64,000 nt of DNA, taken from positions 69,620 through 133,619 of the forward strand of contig CAZNZO010000003.1 of the NCBI GenBank assembly GCA_964577535.1, in the 5' to 3' direction. This document shows, piece after piece, positions 17,983-28,999 of the stretch; positions within the stretch are counted from its first letter, which is position 1, and each line of letters starts with the position of its first letter. This DNA comes from an uncultured Oscillospiraceae bacterium. Lineage in GTDB: Bacteria > Bacillota > Clostridia > Christensenellales > CAG-314. A program made the position numbers and the translations under genes. The notes under the pieces were generated by a model. It made no database searches. It saw nothing but the letters and a program-made list of their open reading frames with translations, and was not told the origin of the DNA.

Positions 17983-19572
17983 CTAGCGGCCTTGCAAAAA
18001 GTTGCAAATGCTTTGGGCAACCTTCAAGCCGTCCACGGCCGAACTGACAATGCCGCCGGCATGGCCACCACCTTCGCCAACAGGGAACAAGCCTTGCAAC
18101 TTGCTTTGAAAGTTGGCATCTCGCAAAATTTTGACGGGGGAAGATGTTCGAGTTTCCACGCCAGTCAAAATGCCACATTCGGCAAAACCTTTCAATTTTT
18201 TGTTGAACTGAACAAGCGAAGTTTTTAGAATCTGGCAAATGTCTGCTGGAAGAAGATGGGAAAAATCGCAAAACTTTGTGCCGCGCGAATAGCTGGGCGC
18301 AACGTCGGCTTTTGTGCTGACTTTGCCTTGCAGAAAATCTACCACGTTTTGACAAGGAGCAACGTAGTTTCCGCCGCCCAAACAATAGGCCTGTTTTTCC
18401 AAACTTTGTTGAAAGCGCATACCACTTAGGGCATCACGACCGAAACCATAACGTTCCACATCGTCGGCGCCAACGGAAACAACCAGCGCGCTGTTGCTGT
18501 TTTGAGCATCGCGGGCAAAATTGCTCATGCCGTTGACAACGACAGTATCACGCTCGGAATTGGCCGGCACCACCACGCCGCCGGGGCACATACAAAAGGA
18601 ATAGCACCCACGGCCATCCACGTTGTTGACCAGTTTGTAGCTTGCGGCGCCAAGATCGCTGTGAGTGGCAAACAAATGGCCATATTGCGTTTGATTGATA
18701 AATTGCCGAGTGTGTTCCACACGCAAACCAACGGCAAAAGGCTTGAAAGCCACTTCAACGCCTTGTTTCACAACTTCGTGAAACAAATTTCGGGCACTGT
18801 GTCCACAGCAAAGAGCAACGCAATCGGCAACAATGGTAAAACTTGTTTGGCCACTTGTTGCTTCAACGCCGTGCACTTTTCCGCCATCCACAATTAGCCC
18901 TGTGACGGTGGTATCAAACAAAAATTGGCCGCCTTTCGCAACAATTTGGTCTCGCATTTGGGAAACAACGCCAACAAGCTTATCCGTGCCGACGTGCGGC
19001 AACGAACTTGTTAGAATTTCGCTAGGCGCACCACAGCGCACAAATTCGTTAAAGACGGTGGCAACAAGTGACGAAGAAATGCCTGTTGTCAACTTGCCGT
19101 CGGAAAAAGTTCCTGCGCCGCCCAAACCAAATTGAACGTTGCAATTTTCGTTGAAATCGCCACCATCGGCAAATGTTTTTACCGCTTGCACACGCTTTTG
19201 TGCATCGCTTCCACGTTCGACGACGGTGACTTTTGCGCCACAAGTGGTTAGGTATCGTGCCAAAAACAATCCGGCGGGGCCTGCGCCCACCACTATGCAC
19301 GAACCATTAACCTTGTTGAAGTTGCCTTGCAAAACGTCCTGCGGAGCAACGTAGGGCGTGGCGTTTTTGCGTGGTGTTTTGGTGCACTGCACCACGTAGG
19401 AACACACAAAATGCACGTCTTGCTTGTTGCGTGCATCCACACTTTGCTTGTTGAGAACAATTTTTTGCAGGCAGTTTTCGGCAAGGCCAAGATGTTTGGC
19501 AAGGCGAGGTTTAACGTCCAAAACGCTTGTTCCCAAAGGCACTTTTATGGGTGAAGTTAGAAATTCACGCAT
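17983..19572 (-). CDS. NAD(P)/FAD-dependent oxidoreductase (COG2509-type)
   Basis: Contains the dinucleotide fold VVGAGPAGLFLA. The start is set at ATG 19570-19572 (MREFLTSPIKVPLG) with AAGGAG 8 nt upstream, 1 nt after the upstream stop. Confidence 0.85.
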   Translation of the reverse strand: MREFLTSPIKVPLGTSVLDVKPRLAKHLGLAENCLQKIVLNKQSVDARNKQDVHFVCSYVVQCTKTPRKNATPYVAPQDVLQGNFNKVNGSCIVVGAGPAGLFLARYLTTCGAKVTVVERGSDAQKRVQAVKTFADGGDFNENCNVQFGLGGAGTFSDGKLTTGISSSLVATVFNEFVRCGAPSEILTSSLPHVGTDKLVGVVSQMRDQIVAKGGQFLFDTTVTGLIVDGGKVHGVEATSGQTSFTIVADCVALCCGHSARNLFHEVVKQGVEVAFKPFAVGLRVEHTRQFINQTQYGHLFATHSDLGAASYKLVNNVDGRGCYSFCMCPGGVVVPANSERDTVVVNGMSNFARDAQNSNSALVVSVGADDVERYGFGRDALSGMRFQQSLEKQAYCLGGGNYVAPCQNVVDFLQGKVSTKADVAPSYSRGTKFCDFSHLLPADICQILKTSLVQFNKKLKGFAECGILTGVETRTSSPVKILRDANFQSKLQGLFPVGEGGGHAGGIVSSAVDGLKVAQSICNFLQGR

Positions 19573-19573
19573 G

Positions 19574-20710
19574 CTAACGGCTCCTTTGGAATGCATAAAT
19601 TGCCGAAGCGGCGGCAAAAAACAGGTTGTAACCACCGCAAATTCCATCGACGTTCAAAATTTCGCCCAAGGCAACAACGCCATTTGGCAAACGAAGATTT
19701 TCGTCCACAAATTGCTCACCTATGCCGCCAGCCGTGACTTGACTTGCGGAAAAATCGCAAAGTTTTTGAAATTCACAGCAAAATTGCTTGGCAGTTTGCG
19801 CCAAACTTTGGGCGTTATCTGCACTGCGTTTGACAATACATTCGGCAATTTTGTTGTGCAAAATTCCGTAGAAATAGTTTTGTTTGGGAACATGACCAAC
19901 ACGCTGACTTAGAATTTGTTCCAGTTGCTGTTGCGACATTGTGGGCACAAGATCTAGCACAAAAGCATAGTTTTTGCGCTTGCCCAAAACCAAATCGCGC
20001 GCGATGATGGCAGACAAGTTGAACACGCAAATGCCCGAAAGGCCAAAATCGCGGAACTGCACTTCGCCACTTTCCGTTGCAACAACATTGCCGTCGGCAA
20101 CAAGCGAAACGTTTGCTTTGGCTCGCAAGCCGCTTAGAACCCGTTCCACATTGGCTTTTACCGGCACCAAGGAGGGCACACGCGGCGTGAAATAGCACTT
20201 TTCGACAAGGCCATCGACGCAATAGTTTTGCACGCTGCTGCTACTGCCACAGGCCAAAACAACTTGATCGAAAGTTTCCTCGCCACCATCCCAACGCACA
20301 AGGTAGCTTTTTCCCACCTTTTGCACCGAACGCACAAGGCAATCGCAACGAGTTTCGCCGCCCAATTGCGCAAAGGCAAAACGCAAGCAATCAACAACGT
20401 TGGATGCACTTTCCGAAAGGGGATAGATGCGCCCGACGGAATCGGCAAAAGTATAGATGCCACAGGATTGCAAAAAATTTAGATAGTCTTGCACGGTGAC
20501 GGCGTTCAAAACCGTTTGCACAATTTTGCTTTTGTTGTAGCAAGTGGCATCAACAAATTTGTTGCCCAAATTGCACTTGCCATTGCCGCTTACGGAAATT
20601 TTTTTGCCCACGCGCGAATTGCGTTCGCAAAGCACAACTTGGCCGTGTTTTGCCGCCAAAATTCCGTAGGTTAAGCCGGCCATACCGCCGCCGATAATCA
20701 ACGTTTTCAT
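19574..20710 (-). CDS. HI0933/aminoacetone-oxidase-family FAD-binding protein
   Basis: 378-aa ORF starting MKTLIIGGGMAGLTYG, with VSGNGKCN. It has an AGAGGT SD. Confidence 0.85.
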   Translation of the reverse strand: MKTLIIGGGMAGLTYGILAAKHGQVVLCERNSRVGKKISVSGNGKCNLGNKFVDATCYNKSKIVQTVLNAVTVQDYLNFLQSCGIYTFADSVGRIYPLSESASNVVDCLRFAFAQLGGETRCDCLVRSVQKVGKSYLVRWDGGEETFDQVVLACGSSSSVQNYCVDGLVEKCYFTPRVPSLVPVKANVERVLSGLRAKANVSLVADGNVVATESGEVQFRDFGLSGICVFNLSAIIARDLVLGKRKNYAFVLDLVPTMSQQQLEQILSQRVGHVPKQNYFYGILHNKIAECIVKRSADNAQSLAQTAKQFCCEFQKLCDFSASQVTAGGIGEQFVDENLRLPNGVVALGEILNVDGICGGYNLFFAAASAIYAFQRSR

Positions 20711-20917
20711 ATTGTACCTCTTTGCTAAACATTGTAAAACGAAAACGCCAATAAGTCAACCATAACTTTGCAAGCAAGGATGTTCGACCTGCTTTGAGTG
20801 TTTTTTATTTAAATTTTGATTTTTTTGCACTATGCGCCAACAAAAACTAGGTGCAATTTTACTTGTGTGTTTTTTACGTATAGCATGGACAACTTATTGC
20901 GTATTAAAAAACAAAAA

Positions 20918-21961
20918 CTAGCAGGGAGATTGGCGTTCAACGTTGCCGCTGAAAACATCGAAAACGCACTGAGCAATTGGCGCGGAGGAAAAAAATTTTG
21001 TTGTTTTGCCATTCAAAATTGTTTTGAAAAGCACAGCGCCTGTTTGTTGCAACTTGCTTGCAACTTGAAATGTGCACGATGATGCATCTGCCGCCAAAAG
21101 GTTGTGTAGCACCGTTGTTTCCGTGCCAACATGGCAAGGCTTTTGGCAAACGGAAATGAAGGGGAGTTGCGACGGACAAAAGGAAATTGTGGAAAACAAT
21201 TTGCAACTTTTGCTGTTGCCAACGGCAATGGGAATGCCGGATTTTTGGGCAATTTTGACGGCATCAGGGTGCAACACTTCTGCGCCGTTTTTGGCCAGCT
21301 GGTGCATTTGGTCGTAGCTTAGTTGGGTTATGGTTTTTGCGCCGAAAACGCTCTGGGGATTTGCATTGCAAATGCCGTCTACGTCCGTCCAATTTTGATA
21401 CATCTCACTGCTTGTGCCAACGGCGAAAATTGCGCCGCTAACGTCGCCTCCGCCGCGTGGAAACAAAGCTCGACCATCTGCCGAGCCGCCATAAAAACCG
21501 CCAACAACAGCCCTTTTAAGGCCGCAAAAGGCACTTTTTATGTTGTGGAACGTTTCATTGGCTGCAAATTTGCCGCATTTGAAGCGCACAAGTTGTTCTG
21601 CTTCCAAATAGGGACATTTCAAAAAAGATGCCACTAGTTTTGCCGTTAGCTCTTCGCCAAGCGACAAACAATGCGCCAACGTTTTGGCCTGCCTTTTTGC
21701 GTTGAAAAGCATTTTTTCCATATCCAAATTAACACCGCCAACTTCGGCCGCGCGCAAAAATTTTTGGCATACTTTTTGCCAAGCATCTTCCGAGCCGTAG
21801 TAGAATTTTTGCAACAAGTCGGTTGTTTTTTCGTCGCCACGCCAACTTTTGCCAATGGCGCTGACAACAATGCACTTGTTGCCATCACAAATCTCACGAA
21901 GGTGGCAAAAGTTTTCCGCCACAACCGACGAACCGCCCAGTTTTGCCGTTATCAAACGCAT
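20918..21961 (-). CDS. aspartate kinase (amino-acid kinase family), short form
   Basis: Motifs are KLGGSS, VVSA, RGGGDVSGA, WTDVDGICNANP and LSYDQMHQLAKNGAEVLHP. The start is set at the MRLITAKLGG ATG 21959-21961. Confidence 0.8.
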   Translation of the reverse strand: MRLITAKLGGSSVVAENFCHLREICDGNKCIVVSAIGKSWRGDEKTTDLLQKFYYGSEDAWQKVCQKFLRAAEVGGVNLDMEKMLFNAKRQAKTLAHCLSLGEELTAKLVASFLKCPYLEAEQLVRFKCGKFAANETFHNIKSAFCGLKRAVVGGFYGGSADGRALFPRGGGDVSGAIFAVGTSSEMYQNWTDVDGICNANPQSVFGAKTITQLSYDQMHQLAKNGAEVLHPDAVKIAQKSGIPIAVGNSKSCKLFSTISFCPSQLPFISVCQKPCHVGTETTVLHNLLAADASSCTFQVASKLQQTGAVLFKTILNGKTTKFFSSAPIAQCVFDVFSGNVERQSPC

Positions 21962-22249
21962 CTCCAAATTTTTTATTTTTGCCGCAGTTGCAGTTTTAAC
22001 TATGAAACTTCGGCAAAGCAGCAGCAATGCACTGCCCAGCCAAAACCAAGCAGTTGCACCGCTGTTCAAAACTATATGCCGTCTTGGCCAAAAATTTGCA
22101 AAAAGTCCGCAACAAAAGATGGGCATAATTGTGAAATTAGTCCCACCTTCATAAAAAAGTTATGGTTCATAAAACAGAAAAGTTTGATAGATAACGTTAT
22201 TAAAGAATTGAAATTAACAATATAGGAATTGGCGCAGTTTGCGTTCCAA

Positions 22250-22292
22250 ATAAAAAAGGTATAGCCGCAATTTGACTATACCTTGATTTTTT
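22250..22292 (-). terminator. intrinsic terminator after the cdaA unit (hairpin flanked by T-runs on both strands)
   Basis: Stem AAGGTATAG/CTATACCTT (22256-22264 / 22276-22284). It is followed by TTTTTTA on the minus strand and GATTTTTT on the plus strand. Confidence 0.6.
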
Positions 22293-22346
22293 AGAAAAAT
22301 AAATCCCTTATTTGAATCTTGTGAAGTTGTGAAAATTTTGCCTGGT

Positions 22347-22481
22347 TTACCAAACGCAAAGCCCAACCAAAACCACGGTTGCAAGTGCGCAGGAGAAAGC
22401 CAACACCAAATATCCAAAATAGTGCTTCATGAAGTGATTAAACTTCTTGCTGAAACTAACGTCGTTTTTAAGCCTTTTCAT
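22347..22481 (-). CDS. candidate 44-aa membrane mini-protein translationally coupled to cdaA
   Basis: ATG 22479-22481 overlaps the last 14 nt of cdaA, with a GGGGGTGGA SD 6 nt upstream. The peptide is MKRLKNDVSFSKKFNHFMKHYFGYLVLAFSCALATVVLVGLCVW (one TM helix). Confidence 0.4.
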   Translation of the reverse strand: MKRLKNDVSFSKKFNHFMKHYFGYLVLAFSCALATVVLVGLCVW

Positions 22482-23322
22482 CTACTGTCCACCCCCAAAT
22501 GCGTTCTTCGTCGCCTTCGTCCGAAAGACCGAAAGCGCAATACAAAATTTCGCGAAGTTGTTCTGCATCCAAATATCTTTTAACTTTTCTGTCGTGCATG
22601 GCCGAAATGATACCTGTTTCTTCACTGACAACAATGGCTGTGAGGCCGGGAAAGGCTTCGGATACGCCAATGGCGGCGCGATGACGTGTGCCAAATTCGC
22701 GAGGATAGATGTCTTCTTGCGTTAATGGCAAATAGCAACCGGCCGTTACAACTTTGTTGTTCATGATGACAACGGCTCCATCGTGCAACGGCGTTTTTGG
22801 GAAAAACAGCGTGCGCAACAGGTCGGCAGAAATTTTGGCGTTGATGGTTGTGCCACTATCCAAAATGCTGTCGGAAATTGTGTCGGCAATTAGAATTAGC
22901 GCGCCGGTATCCGTTTTGCTTAGACGTTGGCAAGCCTTGATAATTTCTTCAACGGAACTTTGCAATTCTTCACGGCCCAATTCTTCGCCGTCTTGCTCCT
23001 TTATGCGGCGTTTGCGAGCACGGCGGAACATATCTCTGCGAAAATCTTGTTCAAACAGCATAAGACAGGAAACAATAACCGTTCCCAGCGCTAGCAAAAC
23101 GTAAATTGTGAAGTTGGGAATATCGAAAAATGCCAAAACAACCAATACCGCTAGCGTAATGCAAACAAGCACGGTGAAAACGCCCAAGTTGCGTTTTTTT
23201 GCATAGTAGAACACCACAAAGAAAAGTGCCGTGACCAAAAGCAACAAAAGCACTTTGGCCACGATATTCGCGGCGCCACCTGCTGTGAAATATGATTTTA
23301 TAAACTGCAATACTTTTTCCAT
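22468..23322 (-). CDS. cdaA: diadenylate cyclase CdaA
   Basis: N-terminal TM helices followed by a DAC domain (GALILI, PLHDGAVVI, GTRHRAA, VVSEETG). The start is set at the MEKVLQF ATG 23320-23322. Confidence 0.9.
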   Translation of the reverse strand: MEKVLQFIKSYFTAGGAANIVAKVLLLLLVTALFFVVFYYAKKRNLGVFTVLVCITLAVLVVLAFFDIPNFTIYVLLALGTVIVSCLMLFEQDFRRDMFRRARKRRIKEQDGEELGREELQSSVEEIIKACQRLSKTDTGALILIADTISDSILDSGTTINAKISADLLRTLFFPKTPLHDGAVVIMNNKVVTAGCYLPLTQEDIYPREFGTRHRAAIGVSEAFPGLTAIVVSEETGIISAMHDRKVKRYLDAEQLREILYCAFGLSDEGDEERIWGWTVDEKA

Positions 23323-23490
23323 AAAATCAGCCCTAGTTTCACTGAAAATTTTTCTACAAAACATAATACAATATTTTTATAAAAAAATAAAGTAAAAATG
23401 CAAAATTACACGCAAATTTAGAAAATTTTTGCAAAAATGGGCCTGAAAATGCATATAAATTAGCACAAAGGTAGGCAAGGAGCATCCAAA

Positions 23491-24348
23491 TTGAAACTTA
23501 AAGTGGCCATTATTGGATATGGCAACGTGGGCAAACAACTGGCGGCACTGGCCGAGCAGGACGAACAACTTGATTTGACGGCGGTTGTTTCACGAAGAAG
23601 AATTGAGCATCCATTAGCCGTTAAGTGGCAAGATTTGCCCTGCGTGCGCGCGGACGTGTTGATGCTGGCGCTGGGAAGTTTTGACGATTTGCTGCCCAAC
23701 TTGCACCATTTTGCTCGCTTCGACACCGTGGATTGCTTTGACGAACACGACAAAATTTTGCCATACAAACAACTTTTGCAACAAACAAAACCCAACAAAA
23801 TTTCTCTTTGTGCATGCGGATGGGATCCGGGGCTGATGAGCGTTGCAAGGGGAATAGCGGCCGTTGGCGGCGCACCACCGCAAACTTTTTGGGGAAAAGG
23901 CATTTCGCAGGGACATTCCAATGCGCTTCGCAATTTGCCAGGCGTGCTGGATGCCGTGCAAGTGACCGTGCCGCCGGAAACGACTTGTGCCAAGGCGCAA
24001 CACAAACGCATTTGCTACGTTGCGTGCGTGGAACAGGACAAACAGGCAATTGAGCAGGCAATTTTGCAATGCAACTATTTTTGCGGAAAAGTGGAAATTG
24101 TGTTTTGCACCACGTCGGAAGTGAGAAAAATAAAGCAAGACACTTTCCACGCCGGACGAGTTGTTGCCCAAAACGATGGCTATTTTGCCGATTTTAAGTT
24201 AAAAATTGCCAACAACGCACAATTTACGGCGCAAATTATGTTGGCATGCGCAAAGGCAATTCCGCATTTGCGAAAGGACGGCTTTTGCGGCCCGATGGAC
24301 ATGTTTGACCTGCCCATTAGATACCTTGCGCCACACAACTTGTTGTAG
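23491..24348 (+). CDS. ddh: meso-diaminopimelate D-dehydrogenase
   Basis: TTG start 8 nt after AAGGAG. Contains VAIIGYGNVGK, GWDPG and SQGHSNA motifs. Confidence 0.85.
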   Translation: MKLKVAIIGYGNVGKQLAALAEQDEQLDLTAVVSRRRIEHPLAVKWQDLPCVRADVLMLALGSFDDLLPNLHHFARFDTVDCFDEHDKILPYKQLLQQTKPNKISLCACGWDPGLMSVARGIAAVGGAPPQTFWGKGISQGHSNALRNLPGVLDAVQVTVPPETTCAKAQHKRICYVACVEQDKQAIEQAILQCNYFCGKVEIVFCTTSEVRKIKQDTFHAGRVVAQNDGYFADFKLKIANNAQFTAQIMLACAKAIPHLRKDGFCGPMDMFDLPIRYLAPHNLL

Positions 24349-24368
24349 CAAAGCGGAAAAATTGCAAC

Positions 24369-24398
24369 AAAAAAGGACGCAAAAATGCGTCCTTAAAA
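24369..24398 (-). terminator. intrinsic terminator between convergent ddh and comEB
   Basis: Stem AAGGACGCA/TGCGTCCTT (24373-24381 / 24386-24394), with a U-run on the minus strand. Confidence 0.6.
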
Positions 24399-24428
24399 AC
24401 GTGCAAAATTTGGCGCGTTAAAACAAAC

Positions 24429-24881
24429 CTACAAATTGTTGTAGTTTTCCACCAAAACACCGGCTTCGTTTAGCAAATGCATGGCAAATTCGTCGGGGTA
24501 GCCTTCCTTATACACCACACGCTTTATGCCGGCGTTGATGATGATTTTGGCGCAAATTACGCAAGGTTGGTGCGTGCAATAGAGAGTGGCGCCTTCTAGC
24601 ACAACGCCAAGGCGTGCCGCTTGAATTATGGCGTTTTGTTCGGCGTGCACGGCATAGCAAAGTTCGTGCCTGGTGCCGCTTTGGATGCCCATTTTTACGC
24701 GCAAACACTCGCCACGTTCCTTGCAACTGGTTACGCCTTCTGGCGCACCGTTGTAGCCTGTTGTTAGTATTCTTTTGTTGCGAACGATGACGGCACCAAC
24801 TTGGCGATCTTCTTTGAAGCAGCTAGACCACCGAGCCACTTGCTCCGTCAGTTCCATAAAACGTTTATCCCACTTGTTCAT
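24429..24881 (-). CDS. comEB: dCMP deaminase (ComEB-type cytidine/deoxycytidylate deaminase)
   Basis: 150-aa ORF with zinc motifs HAEQNAI and PCVICAK. Confidence 0.9.
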   Translation of the reverse strand: MNKWDKRFMELTEQVARWSSCFKEDRQVGAVIVRNKRILTTGYNGAPEGVTSCKERGECLRVKMGIQSGTRHELCYAVHAEQNAIIQAARLGVVLEGATLYCTHQPCVICAKIIINAGIKRVVYKEGYPDEFAMHLLNEAGVLVENYNNL

Positions 24882-24883
24882 AA

Positions 24884-25603
24884 TTAGTAGCGCAATTTGC
24901 GAATTTTTCCGTCAACTTTGTGAATGACCACGCGGCCTTCCTGATTTTTTGCTTTTTCTTTTGCAAAAGCAATGGCTTCGGCTTGAGTTTTGAACAATTT
25001 CAATGCTCTGCTGCCCTTGCCAAGCTTAACTTGCCACAAACCGTCGTCTCTGCGCAAAGATACGTGATACACCTTGGCCGTGGTTTTTGCGGCGGGAGTT
25101 TCCTCTTCTTCGCCGTCGTCTTCCACAACTTCCACTTCAACGTCGTCCGCTTCGGTGGCAACTTGCTCTTCGGCAGGTTCTTCCACAGATGCTGGTTGTT
25201 CCGCTTGCTTTTTGGGTGCGGCCTTTTTTGCACGAGGCTTGGACTGAGAAACAGGTGCTGGTTGTTCGGCAACTTCGGCGGTTGCTTCGGATTGGGCTTC
25301 GGCAACAGGTTCGGGCTGCTCTTCTGCAACAGGTTCGTTGGCAGGTTCTGCCGGTTGCTCTTCCGGTTGTTCTTCGGTGGCAACTTGCGGCAAATCGTCC
25401 GTTGCAACGTCCGTTTGTTCTTCGGGCAAAGCGCTTTCGTCAGGTTGTTCTTCGACAACTTCTTGAGCTTTTTTGCAGCGTTGTTTTTTGCAATATACGC
25501 AGGTGACAACGATTAGCGCAATGGCAACAATAAGCAATGCCAAGCAAACCAAATGCCAAACAAGCACGTTAAGAGAGCCAATTGAAAATACTAAATTATT
25601 CAT
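24884..25603 (-). CDS. membrane-anchored protein with an E/P/Q/A-rich linker and a C-terminal DUF2188-like domain
   Basis: N-terminal TM helix ([20 protein letters not shown]), then a low-complexity acidic linker. The C-terminus reads [40 protein letters not shown]. Confidence 0.75.
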   Translation of the reverse strand: MNNLVFSIGSLNVLVWHLVCLALLIVAIALIVVTCVYCKKQRCKKAQEVVEEQPDESALPEEQTDVATDDLPQVATEEQPEEQPAEPANEPVAEEQPEPVAEAQSEATAEVAEQPAPVSQSKPRAKKAAPKKQAEQPASVEEPAEEQVATEADDVEVEVVEDDGEEEETPAAKTTAKVYHVSLRRDDGLWQVKLGKGSRALKLFKTQAEAIAFAKEKAKNQEGRVVIHKVDGKIRKLRY

Positions 25604-26325
25604 AACTACCCCCCTCGCGCAGTGCGTGCGCGAAACAAATCTTTTTTTATTATATCATTCATGAATGAAAGTTACAATATTTTTTGCAAATTTTTTTGCA
25701 AGTATGGTGAATTTTTGCATACCGTTGCGCTGTTTTCGTGCAAAATTTGCCTGTTTGGGTGGCGAAATGCAATTCGGAAAACATTTTGAATGCGAGAGTG
25801 CGTGGTTTTGAAAAATTTGATTTCGTGAATGGAAAAAAAGTACAGCAAAAATGTGCAACATGGCTGCGTTGCGATTGAGCGGCAACAACTACCATACCTG
25901 ATAGCAAAGACACAAAACATATTGTTGAATTTTGATTTAAATCAATGTCGCATAGTCACACAAAATTGTTTGGAACAATGAAATGATAAAACAGAAAAAC
26001 AACAAGCAAAAGCAAACCCACAGTTTAATTTAAAATTGCAGCAAGGCAGGCACGGCAAACAACCTTGCAAAGCCAAGCGTGATACAAGAAAATTATTTTA
26101 GATGCAACAGTGTTGTGCGAGAACATAGATACAAACAAAAACAAGAACGTTGCACAACAAAACCAGTTGAAAATTGCGTGGCAAATAGCAATGTGAAAAC
26201 ATCAAGACAGGCAGCCATTTGCACTATTATAACCAAACTATCGCAAAAGGATATCGAAATTGTGCGAGGCGTGTTGGAAACGCAAAAATTCGTCAAAAAA
26301 AGTGATAAAAAACGCAACGGAAGTA

Positions 26326-26353
26326 TTGACATTTGGCGTTTATGGTGTATAAT
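26326..26353 (+). promoter_or_regulatory. groESL sigma-A promoter: TTGACA-16-TATAAT
   Basis: The -35 is at 26326-26331 and the -10 at 26348-26353, immediately upstream of CIRCE. Confidence 0.7.
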
Positions 26354-26357
26354 ATAA

Positions 26358-26384
26358 TTAGCAGTCGAAGCACGAGAGTGCTAA
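26358..26384 (+). promoter_or_regulatory. CIRCE operator (HrcA binding site)
   Basis: TTAGCAGTC-N9-GAGTGCTAA compared with the consensus TTAGCACTC-N9-GAGTGCTAA. It lies 35 nt upstream of groES. Confidence 0.9.
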
Positions 26385-26418
26385 AAAATTAGTTAAACAA
26401 TATTTTGGAGGCATATAA

Positions 26419-26703
26419 ATGACGTTAAAACCGCTTTTTGACAAAGTAGTGGTCAAACAAATTGAAGAAAAAGAAGAAAAAGTCGGCGGAATTTTCCTTC
26501 CGACGGCGGCAAAAGAAAAACAAGAAATTGCAACCGTTGTTGCTGTTGGCGATGGCGGCATCGTGGATGGCAAGGAAGTTAAGATGGTTGTGAAAGTTGG
26601 CGACAAGGTGCTTTACAGCAAGTATGCCGGAAGTGAATTTAAAATTGACGGCGAAACGGTTACTATCATTAAGCAAAGCGACGTGCTTGCCATTGTTGAG
26701 TGA
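26419..26703 (+). CDS. groES: co-chaperonin GroES
   Basis: 94-aa ORF starting MTLKPLFDKVVVKQIEEKEEKVGGIFLP, with a GGAGG SD. Confidence 0.97.
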   Translation: MTLKPLFDKVVVKQIEEKEEKVGGIFLPTAAKEKQEIATVVAVGDGGIVDGKEVKMVVKVGDKVLYSKYAGSEFKIDGETVTIIKQSDVLAIVE

Positions 26704-26714
26704 TTTGGAGGTGA

Positions 26715-28343
<1,629 letters not shown>

Positions 28344-28384
28344 AACCAAGTTGGCAGCGTTGAAACACAGCAACACTAAACACG

Positions 28385-28419
28385 ACAAAGGACACCACTT
28401 TTGGTGCCCTTTGTTTTTT
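28385..28419 (+). terminator. groESL intrinsic terminator
   Basis: 13-bp stem (one A.C mismatch) between 28385-28397 and 28402-28414, a 4-nt loop, then TTTTT. Confidence 0.8.
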
Positions 28420-28501
28420 ATGGAGACAAGGCATTGCACATTTATTTTGCATTTGAGACAACCTTGCGTAGAAGAATTGGCCTTATTTAGTGAAAATATG
28501 C

Positions 28502-28530
28502 TTGAAATCGTTCGTTGATCGTAGTATAAT
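28502..28530 (+). promoter_or_regulatory. sigma-A promoter of the lipoprotein gene: TTGAAA-17-TATAAT
   Basis: The -35 is at 28502-28507 and the -10 at 28525-28530. A leader of about 150 nt follows, with two short hairpins. Confidence 0.6.
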
Positions 28531-28690
28531 GGAAATATAATAAATATATTGCACATGCAAAAGCAAAATTTTGTGCGGCAAAACGACAAGCATGCCGTGC
28601 AAACAAAAGTTTTTGCATCTCTGCAAAAATGCAAACCTCGGGTTTGCTAGGCGCCGAAAACATGCGCCACAATTTGGGAGGTAACTTCGA

Positions 28691-28870
28691 ATGAAAAAGA
28701 AAGTTTTGGTAGGCATTCTTGTTTTGGCACTGCTTTCCTGCGTGCTGTTTGCCTTTTCGGCATGCAAGGGCCAAGTTCCCGTTTACCAAGGGATGACCAT
28801 TTCCGACGCATCAACGCACAGAAACGCCCATGCTGCAAACGGCAACATGGTGCGCAGTCGTCAAGATTAG
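28691..28870 (+). pseudogene. 5' fragment of the large lipoprotein gene (signal peptide with lipobox), ending at an in-frame TAG
   Basis: GGGAGG SD. The fragment encodes MKKKVLVGILVLALLSCVLFAFSAC|KGQ... and is in the same frame as ORF 29000-31987. The only stop between them is TAG 28868-28870. Confidence 0.7.
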
Positions 28871-28999
28871 GAAACTGCACCTCTGCAACACCGTGAAGAT
28901 CCTTTTCATGGTGACCACACCGGCCGCGACGACGACCTAGATAAGGACAATCCCTTCCCCGATGAAGACCAAACAATCGAAGAAGAAATAAAGTCGTCG

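Noticed and set aside
26079-26357. 92-aa ORF just upstream of groES.
   Set aside because: It overlaps the groESL promoter and ends at CIRCE. It has no SD and a K/Q/R-rich composition. It is non-coding.
28868-28870. Idea that TAG (or TGA) is reassigned in this organism, and that the long 'intergenic' regions are really recoded genes.
   Set aside because: groEL, valS and lepA terminate at TAG and groES at TGA, all at the expected protein ends. The A-rich gaps contain all three stop codons densely in every frame. The standard code fits.
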